Positions 11,520-23,300 are shown, counted from the whole stretch's first letter. The stretch: 63,871 nt of DNA, filler included, from Corallochytrium limacisporum Hawaii (GCA_002811645.1; 5 parts of 5 records of this genome joined end to end with filler, not necessarily neighbours in it); one strand, 5' to 3'. Made by a program: numbers and translations. The notes: generated by a model not told the origin, from the letters alone.

Positions 11520-11902
11520 TGTGTTCAATGTGCTGGGATTTCTTTGGAGTCTGTCTTTCCGTTACGAATAGAACTTTCTATGTAATCAAAATTACTAAAC
11601 GAGTACAATATTTGAATACCTTTTGCATTGAACATACAAAATGATTTCAAATGGGACGTGGCTCCAATGTAAGCAGGCGCTCTGGAGACCAAGAGAGAGA
11701 CAAAAGCTGTTCGCGGGGCTGCTACAGGAGCCAATTCGCCTCCCAGTACCCGGGGTGCGGAGGGGAGGGGCAGAACGTGGGGAGGGCCAGCAATAAGGAA
11801 CACACACCTACTTGGTCAGCCCATGTCGAGCGAAACTGTTGTACGCGACCGACCCTGATAAAAGTCGCTATGCTTTATTACTTACAAGGATACAATTTGC
11901 GG

Positions 11903-14005
11903 TCACGCAGCTGTCTTCTGGCGCTTGCTGCCCCGGGTAGCAGGTGCAGGGCTTCCTGTAGATGCCTGGCAGATCTCCAGAATGTGTGCAACTGCAACAG
12001 GGACTGACATGGCTTTGGCCAGCATCTTTGTGAGTGTGGATGTCACCTGCGCAGTGTCAATAGTTGTGGAAGACATGTTTGATACAGTCACTTTGATAAC
12101 GCCTCCCAATCCTACACGAATGCGGCAGGTAAGCATACCATCGGAACCTTCACCTGGCATGATGAGGAGAGACAACTGATGGGGCGGATCCACAATGATT
12201 TCGCAGAATCCAGTAGAAGCGCCTTCCTCTTCGTCACCAACTCTCAGTTCACTCTTTCCACCAGTAAGCGGTGTTATACAGGAATTGAATAGAGCATTGA
12301 ATGCAGCTTGCTTCCGAAGAGTCTGCAGAATCTTGTAGACCTGGAGGACATCATTGAAGTATACGCGATGGATCAAGAATCCACGGTGCTTTGTTTTGCT
12401 CGTTCTGAATGACATGGTCAGTTTCTGACCGTCAACAGTGTGGGGAACAGTAATTTCTTCGCCTTTCCGTATCGCCTTTGAAGACCACTCCGATTCAAGG
12501 CACCCCTGTACTGACAAATGCTCGTAGGATGCTCGGTTATCGGTGGCTGTATCACTGGTGATATGCACATCAGTGGCTCCACTATCGGAAGCAGTACCGA
12601 AGCGCCAAGGTTGGTTTAGTTCCTTTGCCGTTGTGGAGACAGCCAGCATGGGTTGATCGAGAACTAGGCAGAAGTTGATGTGGGACTTAAGGAGATTGTG
12701 TTTGTTGTTTTTGCCTTCACTTGGATCCGTATCCATTGTGTCGCCGCCATCCTTTTTAGTTTCATCTGCGCCCGCATCCTCGGGATACGTATATACGACG
12801 ACGTCTGCAAGACCCACTTTCCTTTCTTCCGCATTCATTCCCTTGTCTTCTGGTTCTTCACCAGGTTTACCGATGCGCCGATGTAGTACTGTGGTCACAT
12901 CAGTGCCTTCCTCAACATCCAGACGACACGTCCTTATACTAGGATCCTTTTTCTTCGTGGGCAGGACACTCTGTGATGTAAAATATTGCACGCGCAAATG
13001 GACTCCAGCATCGCGTGACAGAATGACACCGTGTCCCTGATTGGGATCTGCAAGACCTTCCAATTCAGCCAAGAGCTCAAGATCCTTTTCCACAGAACAA
13101 ATACCATTGTATAGAGCAACCTTCTTGTCTGTCGACACGTTGGGACGGTACAAAGATGCTAGACCTTGGATGTGCCTCGCAAAGAGGCCATAGTCCCCAT
13201 TCTTTAAGGCTTCAACCAACGCTGGAGACTCGATCTCATTGTCCATGTCGCTATTGTGCACAATTTTGACTGTCTTCAATTCACCCGTTCCTTTGCGCAT
13301 CGCAACCTCGACATAGAACATTTCAGAATTAATGAAAGCAGACACAACATCTTCTTCAGTTTGATCATCGATTGTAAAAGCCAACTGATTTGTGTTTGCA
13401 ATACCCTCAAGTCGCTTCAAAGTGAGTTCATCGCTTGGCACATCCCGAAGATTTCGACGAATAAGGTCACCGCACGATACAAGGGCCTTTTGGTACTGTT
13501 CAATTGCTGATACATCACGGTCCTTATCCTGATTCTGTAGCAGGTAGCGGGTCAGGCTCTGGTGGGAAGCTCCATTGCGTACTTGACCCTCTTCCCAGTG
13601 ACTATAAGACTCAAGGATACCTTTGATTTGTTCTACACCTTCATTGAATTCAGAAGCGGAACGCCACGGGTTCAGTGGCCCAAGACAGTGAATTCGTTCC
13701 TGTCCAAAGGCTCCGCTTACTACGCTTCCCTTTCCAGGAGATTGCTGAAGTAGATCACGACACAAGCTTACACACTCCTTGAGGTTTCGAAGCTTTGAGA
13801 GCAACGATTTGCTCTTTGTAAACTCTCCGGAATCTCCGTCCGCTTCTATTCCAGCTGTGTCTTCTCCCATTCCACCCTCTTTATCGATTTCTCCTAAGTC
13901 CAGGTCTAGATCAGCCCCCAGATCACCTGCATCGGCAGCAGCGTCTGCTGCCAGGGCGTCGATCTCAGCGAGATCTGCTGCAGTGGTATCTATCTCGTCA
14001 GCCAT
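11903..14005 (-). CDS. MED1: Mediator of RNA polymerase II transcription subunit 1
   Basis: RLEGIA...FINSEMFYVEV...VKIVH...ALVEALKNGDYGLFARHIQGLASLY parallels the metazoan MED1 N-terminal domain (RLESIA...ITSDMFYVEV...ELVQQL....F.EFSKHLKGL..LY). ILQTLRKQAAFNALFNSC is also conserved. Confidence 0.85.
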   Translation of the reverse strand: MADEIDTTAADLAEIDALAADAAADAGDLGADLDLDLGEIDKEGGMGEDTAGIEADGDSGEFTKSKSLLSKLRNLKECVSLCRDLLQQSPGKGSVVSGAFGQERIHCLGPLNPWRSASEFNEGVEQIKGILESYSHWEEGQVRNGASHQSLTRYLLQNQDKDRDVSAIEQYQKALVSCGDLIRRNLRDVPSDELTLKRLEGIANTNQLAFTIDDQTEEDVVSAFINSEMFYVEVAMRKGTGELKTVKIVHNSDMDNEIESPALVEALKNGDYGLFARHIQGLASLYRPNVSTDKKVALYNGICSVEKDLELLAELEGLADPNQGHGVILSRDAGVHLRVQYFTSQSVLPTKKKDPSIRTCRLDVEEGTDVTTVLHRRIGKPGEEPEDKGMNAEERKVGLADVVVYTYPEDAGADETKKDGGDTMDTDPSEGKNNKHNLLKSHINFCLVLDQPMLAVSTTAKELNQPWRFGTASDSGATDVHITSDTATDNRASYEHLSVQGCLESEWSSKAIRKGEEITVPHTVDGQKLTMSFRTSKTKHRGFLIHRVYFNDVLQVYKILQTLRKQAAFNALFNSCITPLTGGKSELRVGDEEEGASTGFCEIIVDPPHQLSLLIMPGEGSDGMLTCRIRVGLGGVIKVTVSNMSSTTIDTAQVTSTLTKMLAKAMSVPVAVAHILEICQASTGSPAPATRGSKRQKTAA

Positions 14006-14681
14006 GATGAAATTCTGCTACACTCTGTGGGATGGTTATCCACCTCTGCATGCCATGTTCTCACTATTCACTTCTTATTGTACCGTTTTTCACAGTTGCA
14101 TTGATCTTCTTTGGCGAAGCTTTTTTATAAAGTAATGGACTACAAGTAGTTTTGCATGCTGAGCTGCAATCGCTGGTACCGCACCGGTCCGCAAAGTCAC
14201 CGTGTCGGTCCTTCTCCTACGCCAGGCCTCCTGCCGGGATCCAAAACACAGGGCACCAGGGACGGCTGTGGAGCGAGGAGAAAAGAGAGAAGGAAAAAGG
14301 GGGGGTTCATAATAACGAAAGGGGGCTTAAGGTCCCCCCCATCTGGCGGCCGTTTGGCGCCTGAACCATGGGCCTAGTATGCGACGGAGGAAATTTAGAT
14401 CCGGACCTTTTTAATCTAAGGGTTTACCCACCCAGCCACACGAACGTCACGAAACCACTCGTTTCGTCCCCAGCCTAACCACCCCCCCCCCCCGGGGGGC
14501 GGTGCAAAATTTCTCTTGCCAGGTACTTATACACGTAGGCGGTGGTGACTAGTTCTACATCAAGCAGAGCTGTTGTTCGAGAGGAGAATTCTGCAGGATA
14601 TAATCATGAACAGACGTGCTGAGCCATGAAGTCTACTAAGTATAGCTGTAATCCTCGGCGGGCGACGCAAGGCACCGAGGT

Positions 14682-16877
14682 ATGACGGTCAATGGAGAAG
14701 ACTCGCCATATCATGGTCTTCAGTGGTCATTGCATGATGTTCGTGAGTCTACACCATCCATTCTTGAATGGCAGCCATTCGATCAAACTGAAGATTCAGT
14801 AGGGATAAGTGCATCCGGACGGCGTTGTATGCAATGTGCCTCTCATTTGCTAAGATATGATAGCGAACAAGGTCTGGGTTCTGTCGACTGTTCACTATGC
14901 AATAGTCCAGACAATCCAGCGTTCAGTGTGGTTCCCTTCTCAGGGCCTTTGGAGGGTGCACGGTTGTCGCAAGAAATTCTAGTACTCCTAGTAGACGAGA
15001 GTATAGAGACCGACGACAAACAGAAGGTAATGACAGCACTGGGCGCAATATTTACAAACCCTGCCAACCAAGATCGATATATGAGTCTGGGAATAGTAGG
15101 ACATGCCCCAGAAAGTATGCTGTTATGCAATATCGAAGCACTGAAACGGTTTGGGTTATCGATATTCGATGACGTTGCTGTGAAGGATTGTAAGAATGCA
15201 ATTCTGAATCCTCAGGGAAGCCGATATATCGCTCTTGGAGCTTTCTGGCATAAATTGTATGAATCATGTAGTAGTGAAGGCAGTCCTAGTTGGCTGTCCG
15301 CTGTGCATAATCGCAGTCGTAGTTTAGATGGGGTCCAAATGAGCAGCGAATCAAAGACAGCGGTGTTTTCCTTTCTGAGCTATTGTTTCGCGGACAGCAA
15401 CGACTTGAGACGAAGGTCATCTACTGAAAGTAGGGGTGCACCAGGATCCCAGCACTCTGCATCTGTGATTGTCGATGACACAAGTCCTAAAGACCCACAT
15501 TCTCGGCCTCCTCTCGGCGTCGGGGATTCTACAGAAGTATTTGACGTGTCAAAAGGTTCAGTGCTCTTTTTCGCTGCTGGCAGCCCGCGTGGAATAGACC
15601 TCGATGACTTCGACGAAGGAGCGCAGGACGAAGATGTTAACGTGGACGATCACCCGAACAAAGAATTGCAGCGTGCTGTCAATCTCGGTGAAGCCATGTA
15701 CACTAGTGGTTGGCGCTTTCACCTAGTTCACCACGGACACGATCCCTTTGGATTGGATGAAACTTGGGGCGCCTTCATGACACATGCACGGGCGCGAGTT
15801 TGGAGTGATCACGGGATGGAATATGATGATCCAGAGAGCGGGCGATATAAATCCATTCTTACACAAGCAGCATCGCCAGCGAGTGCCTATTGCGCGCAAC
15901 TGTCGGTAGTGCTAAAGTCAGAATGCAACGTTCACTTGATTGGTCACAAAACACACCTCGAAATCGGAAGATTAGCACATGGACATGTGATCAGCTGGGA
16001 CATCGGCCATGTGGATCGTGACGAAGTTCTATGCCTGCGTTTTGACCCAAATGTGATTGGGTCTCTGTCCACTATGCAGATCAGTCTCGACTATTACGCA
16101 CCGGATGGACGTCATTGCACAGTGGGATGCATGGTGTATAGTCAGCCTGTTGCGGGTATCGAAAGCTGGAGTGGTCTGGCAAGGCGTTTGGCTTGGGCTC
16201 AGCTTCGAAAGCGCTGCCGATTTGCACCCCATGGTATCTGGAACCAAGCGCAAAGACTTCCGGAAGAGTTACTGGCCCACTGGGAAGAGTGGCTGAAGAC
16301 TCCAGACATGCAGCGTGGTCGCATCACGCGGCTGGCACCAGTCATCTATCGCTTGAAATGGTTTTTCGTCAACAGGCTTGGTAAAAGCGATGGTTCTATT
16401 GCTCTGCTTATGACCCTTTTGCAGAGTTGCAGTAGCGAGGTTGAGCAGACCATATGTCCAGACCTCCTCGCATGGATCGATCCGATGACATCTGTTCAGC
16501 AGCTGACAACAAATATTTCGGAACTCACCGACAGTGCGCGCCATCTGATTCTCCGTGCAGGCCTTCACGGAACAATCGTGTGGCATGGCAAACGGACAAG
16601 TGAGGAGTCCCGATTCCTTGCTGTGCAATATGCACGAGCTTTGGTAGATTCTCCGTTTTGTGTTGTGCTCCCTGTCACAGAGGGATCGGGAAAGGAGCGG
16701 CTCTTGACTGCGCAACTGAATCCATCCCACCGTGATGATCTTCGCAAACGACACACTGACTGCCCGTCACTGAAACATCTCCAACTTGCTGACATCGGCA
16801 AGACCGAAGCCCAGTGGTTGGTTCCCGACACGCCATCTCTCCGGGAGTTTCTGACTTCGGTCGGCATGCAAAGCTAA
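14682..16877 (+). CDS. Divergent Sec23/Sec24-family protein (Sec23-like)
   Basis: Zn-finger CMQC-x17-CSLC, trunk-start motif LVLLVDES, and a C-terminal EGSGKERLLTAQLNPSH that aligns to Sec23 GGSQARFL...NPS. Confidence 0.7.
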   Translation: MTVNGEDSPYHGLQWSLHDVRESTPSILEWQPFDQTEDSVGISASGRRCMQCASHLLRYDSEQGLGSVDCSLCNSPDNPAFSVVPFSGPLEGARLSQEILVLLVDESIETDDKQKVMTALGAIFTNPANQDRYMSLGIVGHAPESMLLCNIEALKRFGLSIFDDVAVKDCKNAILNPQGSRYIALGAFWHKLYESCSSEGSPSWLSAVHNRSRSLDGVQMSSESKTAVFSFLSYCFADSNDLRRRSSTESRGAPGSQHSASVIVDDTSPKDPHSRPPLGVGDSTEVFDVSKGSVLFFAAGSPRGIDLDDFDEGAQDEDVNVDDHPNKELQRAVNLGEAMYTSGWRFHLVHHGHDPFGLDETWGAFMTHARARVWSDHGMEYDDPESGRYKSILTQAASPASAYCAQLSVVLKSECNVHLIGHKTHLEIGRLAHGHVISWDIGHVDRDEVLCLRFDPNVIGSLSTMQISLDYYAPDGRHCTVGCMVYSQPVAGIESWSGLARRLAWAQLRKRCRFAPHGIWNQAQRLPEELLAHWEEWLKTPDMQRGRITRLAPVIYRLKWFFVNRLGKSDGSIALLMTLLQSCSSEVEQTICPDLLAWIDPMTSVQQLTTNISELTDSARHLILRAGLHGTIVWHGKRTSEESRFLAVQYARALVDSPFCVVLPVTEGSGKERLLTAQLNPSHRDDLRKRHTDCPSLKHLQLADIGKTEAQWLVPDTPSLREFLTSVGMQS

Positions 16878-17008
16878 CTCTTGTAACATTAGTAGTAATT
16901 TATGTATGTAATACATGTACCTACATCTGATAATATTCGACTACATGAACAAGATACTATGAGAGATGATTCTGTAAGGATGTAGCGACATGGGGACGAC
17001 AAACTAGC

Positions 17009-19216
17009 TTAAATCTGTGCTGCGGTCTTGCGTGAAAATGCTACCGGTGGCGTTATCGGATCCGGTGGAGCCCCCCCATTAGCTGTAGTGAGACCGCTAA
17101 CGCCCGGACGAAGATGCGGGAAAGTGCTACTACCACTAGCCCCGCCCAGTGATCCACGCGCACCGCTCCCACCACTTAGGTTCCGGCGATGACGACTTGG
17201 ATTGAAAGACGTCGAATGTGTGGATGACCCGCTGGTCCTAGTATTGTACATGCTAGTAGTCTCGTCACCGCTGTAGTAGTTCTGGCTCCCGCTACCTGAT
17301 AGGCCCTTCGCCTTCAGGCCACTATTGCCTAGGTCCCCCTTCGCATGAATGCTCGGCATCTTTGTTGGGGATCCATGGAGGCTACTGTTGGCAGATGTCT
17401 TTCCATGGGATTTATACCCGTAGTTTGATGACGACTGCATTATAGAATGACTGCGGCTGGAGCTCGACTGCGTAGGATTGCGAAGAGCATCAATTAGCGA
17501 TCGGACTTCCTCAAACCATGGGTGCTCCAAAGCCTCCTCCGGTGTAAGCCGTTCCTCGGGATCCCACTGCAAGCACCCAAGCAGAAAGTCAAGGAACTTG
17601 TTATCATTGCAACGGAGGGCCGCGTGTAAACTCTTGGTGGCAGGCTTCCGAATCTTACCTCTCGAGTTTGCCTTGACCCGAGGCTGTCCGTTGGAGTGGA
17701 AAAAGACTTTGCGACGGGGAGCGGATGCAATCATTTCTGGAGGAGGCAAGCCTAGCACCTCCATCATGGCCAACAGTTGATCCTCTTCATTCTCACCAGG
17801 AAACAGAGGATATCCGGTAAACAGTTCCGCAAGGATGCATCCCAAACTCCACATATCGATTGCCAGGCTGTAAGGCTGCCCCAAAATTACTTCCGGTGAT
17901 CGATAGAAACGTGATTGAATATATGTGTAGACTTTCTGGTCGATGTAACAACTCGATCCAAAGTCGATGACCTTGATTTGACTCTTAGTCGTTGACTTGA
18001 GCAGAATATTTTCTGGCTTCATGTCACAGTGAATTATCTGGCACTTGTGTAGCAGTTTCAAACACATCAGGATCTGAACACTGAACCGCCGCACAAGACT
18101 CAGACTGAAACCTTGGAAGTTGTTGATTTTGATGAACTCGTACAAATTAATGCTCATGAGTTCGAAATCAATGATGAGGTGGCTCCTGAAGTAGAAGTTG
18201 TCTCGCATATGAATAAGGCAGTGATTACTTTCAGTGTCCTTGTTTCGAAGGTGTTCAAGGATTCTTACTTCCACCAAAGCCTGATGGTGGAAGCGCCTCT
18301 TGTTACGAATAATCTTCAGAGCAGCATGACATTTGTTCTTGTGGTCATAGCATTTAACAACCTGCCCGAATGATCCCTTTCCCAAAATTTCGATGATTTC
18401 GTATCTGTACGAGATGTGATCATGCGGAATAATTATGTAGTCGCCCCGATCATCATCGTACCCGTGATTGAACTGTGTCTGCGAATGGAGCGTTTTGTTA
18501 GCGTGAGGGCCCACAAAGTAAACTTCATCACATTGCATGATCTCTGCAGCCTCCAATGGCGTCACGATATTGTTATACAATTTCAGTGCTTGTCGTGGTG
18601 TCAGAACAGTAGCACTCATGCTGCTCTTTTTATGCAAGTCCGATCGCTTGACGCCTGTGCCCTGCAGAGTATCCGTAATATGGGACTGTCTCTTGTAGCT
18701 TCCATTTGATGTCCCTGTGGTAGTTGTGTACCTTGAGGATCCATATTGGCTGCTACCTGTGGCACTGACTTCCTTCCCGGCAGCTGTGGTTTGGACTGGT
18801 GTGCGCTTCTGCAATGAATCATTACTGTTGTTGCTAGCGTAGCTCAATCCCCCAGTAACTTGTCCTAGCCCGGAAGAGCTTCCCGATGATCCCGTTCCGA
18901 TAGGCTCCAAACTAGACCTAGTCTGACTGTACATTCGCCTCGAGCGGTTGCCAGGTACTCTCACACTGCGAGATGTCGTTGAGGTCTGTGTGTAGTCTAC
19001 CCCGGTACCATCGTATGATGTGTTCTCTCCCGAATTATGTCCACGAATACCAAGGCCTTTCAATTTACTCGACAAGGATACCATCGGAATGTTCATTCTT
19101 CGCTTACTATCCCTTCTGGTCATTGTGCTGCTATTGGTACTGTACCCGGAACCGTTGATTCCGTTGCCACTGATTTGCTTCAAACCGCTGTCAAGCGGTT
19201 GAGCACGCTGCGACAT
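17009..19216 (-). CDS. Class-2 DYRK kinase (DYRK2/3/4, Pom1-like)
   Basis: DH box YDDDRGDY, GKGSFGQV, HCDMKPENIL, activation loop YTYIQSRFYRSPEVILG, and NSRGKIRKP. First ATG at 19216; the track start is a TTG. Confidence 0.95.
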   Translation of the reverse strand: MSQRAQPLDSGLKQISGNGINGSGYSTNSSTMTRRDSKRRMNIPMVSLSSKLKGLGIRGHNSGENTSYDGTGVDYTQTSTTSRSVRVPGNRSRRMYSQTRSSLEPIGTGSSGSSSGLGQVTGGLSYASNNSNDSLQKRTPVQTTAAGKEVSATGSSQYGSSRYTTTTGTSNGSYKRQSHITDTLQGTGVKRSDLHKKSSMSATVLTPRQALKLYNNIVTPLEAAEIMQCDEVYFVGPHANKTLHSQTQFNHGYDDDRGDYIIIPHDHISYRYEIIEILGKGSFGQVVKCYDHKNKCHAALKIIRNKRRFHHQALVEVRILEHLRNKDTESNHCLIHMRDNFYFRSHLIIDFELMSINLYEFIKINNFQGFSLSLVRRFSVQILMCLKLLHKCQIIHCDMKPENILLKSTTKSQIKVIDFGSSCYIDQKVYTYIQSRFYRSPEVILGQPYSLAIDMWSLGCILAELFTGYPLFPGENEEDQLLAMMEVLGLPPPEMIASAPRRKVFFHSNGQPRVKANSRGKIRKPATKSLHAALRCNDNKFLDFLLGCLQWDPEERLTPEEALEHPWFEEVRSLIDALRNPTQSSSSRSHSIMQSSSNYGYKSHGKTSANSSLHGSPTKMPSIHAKGDLGNSGLKAKGLSGSGSQNYYSGDETTSMYNTRTSGSSTHSTSFNPSRHRRNLSGGSGARGSLGGASGSSTFPHLRPGVSGLTTANGGAPPDPITPPVAFSRKTAAQI

Positions 19217-20027
19217 GGTCAGTCTCGAAGAAAGCCTGCTTTCTTGTATTCTCAAACCTACAGCGTACGTTTGCAGCTCATGGCTTTATGCTACTCTCAT
19301 TGTCTACCCGTCGACCCACCAAAGACGATCAAAGACGGAAGTGGCTAGTCTATTCCTTCATTCCGCTCTTTGCAGTTTATGCGTGTTGTGACTTTGTCTA
19401 TGAGTAATTTGAAAATAAGTCTTTATCTCTGAAAAATAAACCTGCCTACATTTCGACCCGTCCAGGCTACTTCGAATATTCTATGCTGCGACATATAGCT
19501 TGTAGGAAGACCGCGGCAGGCAAGGATCAGGGTAGTAAGAAACGATCGTACAACAAACAATTCATGGCTACGAGCACCAAGTCAATCCCGTCAAACAAAA
19601 TCAAGTAAGCAAATAGATTTGATGTCGCAAAAAAGCATTCCGTATCCGATATACACAACTAGAGATAACAGAAAAAACACAAGAAGAAATCGTGCTCCTC
19701 TCACGTCTCACTGCACACTGCACAGCAGGACCTGGCTCGCGGGCTTTTCTCCATCAGACGGACGGGGAGCATTACGGCCCCTGCTACTTATGAGTGTTCG
19801 GACACTACCCACGTACATGCCCAGTCACTCTTCTATGAGGCTGTGCAAAGGATGCGAACTCTACAACTGCTGTGTGCGAATATCCACACGCTAAGAAGAA
19901 CGCGGCACCATTTCTTTCTGTGCGTCATTTGGCTTTTTGGGTTCCTTTGCAGAGTAAAGGGCTTCGGTCGCGGAGTATGTGTGTATTGGGGAATCCCCTC
20001 CCGCCCCCCTCCCCCGCGGGGCCCGGG

Positions 20028-20381
20028 NNNNNNNNNNNNNNNNNNNNNNNNNNNNNNNNNNNNNNNNNNNNNNNNNNNNNNNNNNNNNNNNNNNNNNNNN
20101 NNNNNNNNNNNNNNNNNNNNNNNNNNNNNNNNNNNNNNNNNNNNNNNNNNNNNNNNNNNNNNNNNNNNNNNNNNNNNNNNNNNNNNNNNNNNNNNNNNNN
20201 NNNNNNNNNNNNNNNNNNNNNNNNNNNNNNNNNNNNNNNNNNNNNNNNNNNNNNNNNNNNNNNNNNNNNNNNNNNNNNNNNNNNNNNNNNNNNNNNNNNN
20301 NNNNNNNNNNNNNNNNNNNNNNNNNNNNNNNNNNNNNNNNNNNNNNNNNNNNNNNNNNNNNNNNNNNNNNNNNNNNNNNNN
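20028..20381. other. Assembly gap (354 N)
   Basis: Run of N flanked by G/C homopolymer-rich sequence. Confidence 1.
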
Positions 20382-22136
20382 GGGGAAGAAGGGGAGTGGT
20401 TCATATGACGGGGCATGGATGAAAGCCACTGTTTGTGGGGAAGGGGGGGGGGTCGGGGGGTGCAGGGGACCTGCTGAAGTGTGTAAGTTTCTGTGGGCTC
20501 ATCGACGTTGTTAGATAAAGTCCGCAGCTTACAGTGGAAAAGTGCGAGAAAACTCAATCCTGCAGGCGGACGAACCGTAACTTTACACACGGGGGTGTCG
20601 GAAAGAACAAGTGAAGAGCGAGTAGAAAGTGAGGCGCAGTGGGAGACAGGAGCGCAACATCGAAAAAAGGAGAAGAAAAAGTGCCTAGCGAAATTCTGTC
20701 CGGTCATTGAGTTTTTTTTTTTCTTTCTCCCGTTCCCGGGTGTGGAGGGCCAACCTGGCTGAGACGGGCAGAAAGCCAACAGGGACTGGGAATAGCGGTC
20801 CCCGTCTCCTCGTCCCCTCCCGCTCAGTACCAACTTGGCTCTGTCTGTGGAGAACGAGGGCGGCGCACCAGTTGTAAGAGGAGCGATAAGGGGTGCGAGG
20901 AGGACAAGGTAAGGAGTGTACCAGGAAGGGCAAGATATGTACTCTCATATCTGTAAAATCGACTGCGCAAGGCAGAGGAGTTAGCATCTGGAGTCTTAGC
21001 GCTCCCGATCTGGGCAAGCGAACTAGGCATGTGAACGAGGGGCCCGCGCACCAGTGATCGCCAGTGTCCATTCATTTGAAGGACTCCTGTGAAAGGGTTT
21101 TGCCAATTGGTCTGGGTACGTTGAGGTATGAACCGGGGCGAATCTTGCTGCTCTTTAGTGGCGTATTGCATGTAGTAGGGGACATTGGCCTACACGCCCA
21201 AAGGTCTTGTGCACTGATGTGGGCATGCTCGGGGTACATAGACGAAGTTGAGAGAGCGAGATTGATGGTGCGAATGTAACCCGGGTTCTCGGAGGGTATA
21301 TCGGATCACCGGCAGCACTGACCCCAGGAAGGGGACTTAAACCCAAAGGTAAAGAGGTCTCCAAGTCCTGGGAGGGCTAAAAGTTTTCATGAAAACTTAT
21401 AAACTTGTTCCGGGCGGTCTCTGTTGTTCGACGAGGTTAGAGGAGTTCACTAGACACAAGCGGATCCTGGCACGGCGGAACAGTACCTATGTTTGTTGTG
21501 GTAAGACAGTGTCTATCACTGTTAGGCAACGCTGCTGGCAGGAATCAGCAGACTAGAAGACATGTCTTGCGACGGAGATCGAAACTTTGCAGGTATGGAC
21601 CAAGCAAAATCGGCGTGCAGACTCGAGTAAAAAGGCAAGCAACCTTGCCTCTTCCTTGTCTGACAATGAGATGGTAGTCGTGCCGCACACATCAACCTAC
21701 AAGAGTTGGAGAAAATATTGTGTTTTGTATTATATCTATTCTCTCCATTGCGGAAACACACGGAATGTAGGAACAAGAGAAGATATGAACTTGATTTTCT
21801 AGTCCGGATGTAGACAGGCGGACTAGCTAAGACAAGACACCACAAGTACTGGGTGTCTTGGTAGGGCAGGAAGAGGGGATGAGAGCACAAGCGAGGCGGG
21901 GGCCAACTTCTGGGGGGAGAGTACGATTGGGGCCGCCGAACTTTGAGAGGTCCGGATGTAGAATAACAGAGCACAAGAAAAATGCAAGAGATGCATTAGT
22001 ATAGTAGAGACTGGTTGCAAAGCCAGGATATAATAGAAGAGAGGAGGGTTTTGGAATGTTACAAGGGAAGAAGAAAAGTAGAGTGTATAGAGAGAGAGAG
22101 GAGAGAGAAATGCTTTCCATGAGGAAAACAAATCTA

Positions 22137-22236
22137 NNNNNNNNNNNNNNNNNNNNNNNNNNNNNNNNNNNNNNNNNNNNTTAATTAATTAANNNNNNNN
22201 NNNNNNNNNNNNNNNNNNNNNNNNNNNNNNNNNNNN
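22137..22236. other. Artificial contig linker N44-TTAATTAATTAA-N44
   Basis: An identical 100-nt construct occurs four times; the 12-mer gives stop codons in all six frames. Confidence 0.97.
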
Positions 22237-23300
22237 CGGGAGGGTGAGGGAAGGGAGAGCAGGACCTATCTCTTAGACGTGATCCCCACTACTCGCCACA
22301 CCGCTGGGTTCATCACTACACTCGAGTGACAGAGCGTGGACCATGTCCCATCTCATCCCCTGATCGAAATGAGAAGGACTCGTTTTTGGAGGAGGGGAAT
22401 GAACATGCTTCATCATGTCCGCGCAGACGGATTGTTGGTGTGTCACAGGTCAGAAAAGTACCTGCAGAGTGTTATCTCTGGGCTTCCGGGGCTGAAAGTG
22501 GGACGATGCGAAACATTCGCTCTGCCCACAACGGATCCACGAGAAGGGGCGATGAAGGAGACATTGGCTTGCGTGCATGATGGTGGTGGTCGCGCGGAGC
22601 AGGCATTGCAGGACTGTGGTCGCTGCATTTGCGAAACACTCCCGGGGAAGCAGGGGACGGGAACAAACTTTAGATTTCTTGAATTCCATTTTTTTGCATT
22701 GGTGTCCGTAGTAGATCGCGTGTATATAATGTCTATTCTTCTTTTCTAAACCTAACCCATTTTTTTGTTTTTTTATTTGGGGGGGGGGGGCCCGGGGAAG
22801 AGGGAGAGCGGCCGAAGGAGGAGGTAACGGGCCGGGAAAAAGGAGGGGGGGTGTGGGTTCAACCAGGGCGGATGAGTATCGAATTTGTCTTCGTTCTTCC
22901 TGTTGTTTCGCGTTTTGTTTGTTTGGGTGGAGGGCATCCCCCACGGAAAAAAAAGTGGAAGTGGTGGTGGTGGATCAGCTCTCTTTCCGGCAAGGTTGTT
23001 TGGGGTTGGGCGGGTTATTTACGCGCTTTCGGGACATGGTGTCCCCGGGTGTCATTTTTGAGATTTAAATACTAAATATACTGTATATCTTGGGAGTTAT
23101 TCTTTACTTGTACGGTATCCGTGAAATGGGCGCGAGAAATTCTCCATCTCCCTGGGAGGGTCAAGGGGAGCGGCGGCGGTTGTGGTGTCTGCGGGCCCTG
23201 CTTGCTGGCTGAAGGAGGGCCCCATGTGTCACATCACTCTGGCCCCCCTTCCTGCCCACCTGTCCGCGGCCCGGGAACCGCCGCACACTTGCGGTCGACG

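Noticed and set aside
19833-20833. Long ORFs spanning the N gap
   Set aside because: They are open only because N codons contain no stops.
22181-22192. Repeated palindrome TTAATTAATTAA (also at 47002, 53769, 59880)
   Set aside because: It is always centred in exactly 44+44 N, so it is a synthetic six-frame-stop linker. Gene adjacency across these points is not reliable.
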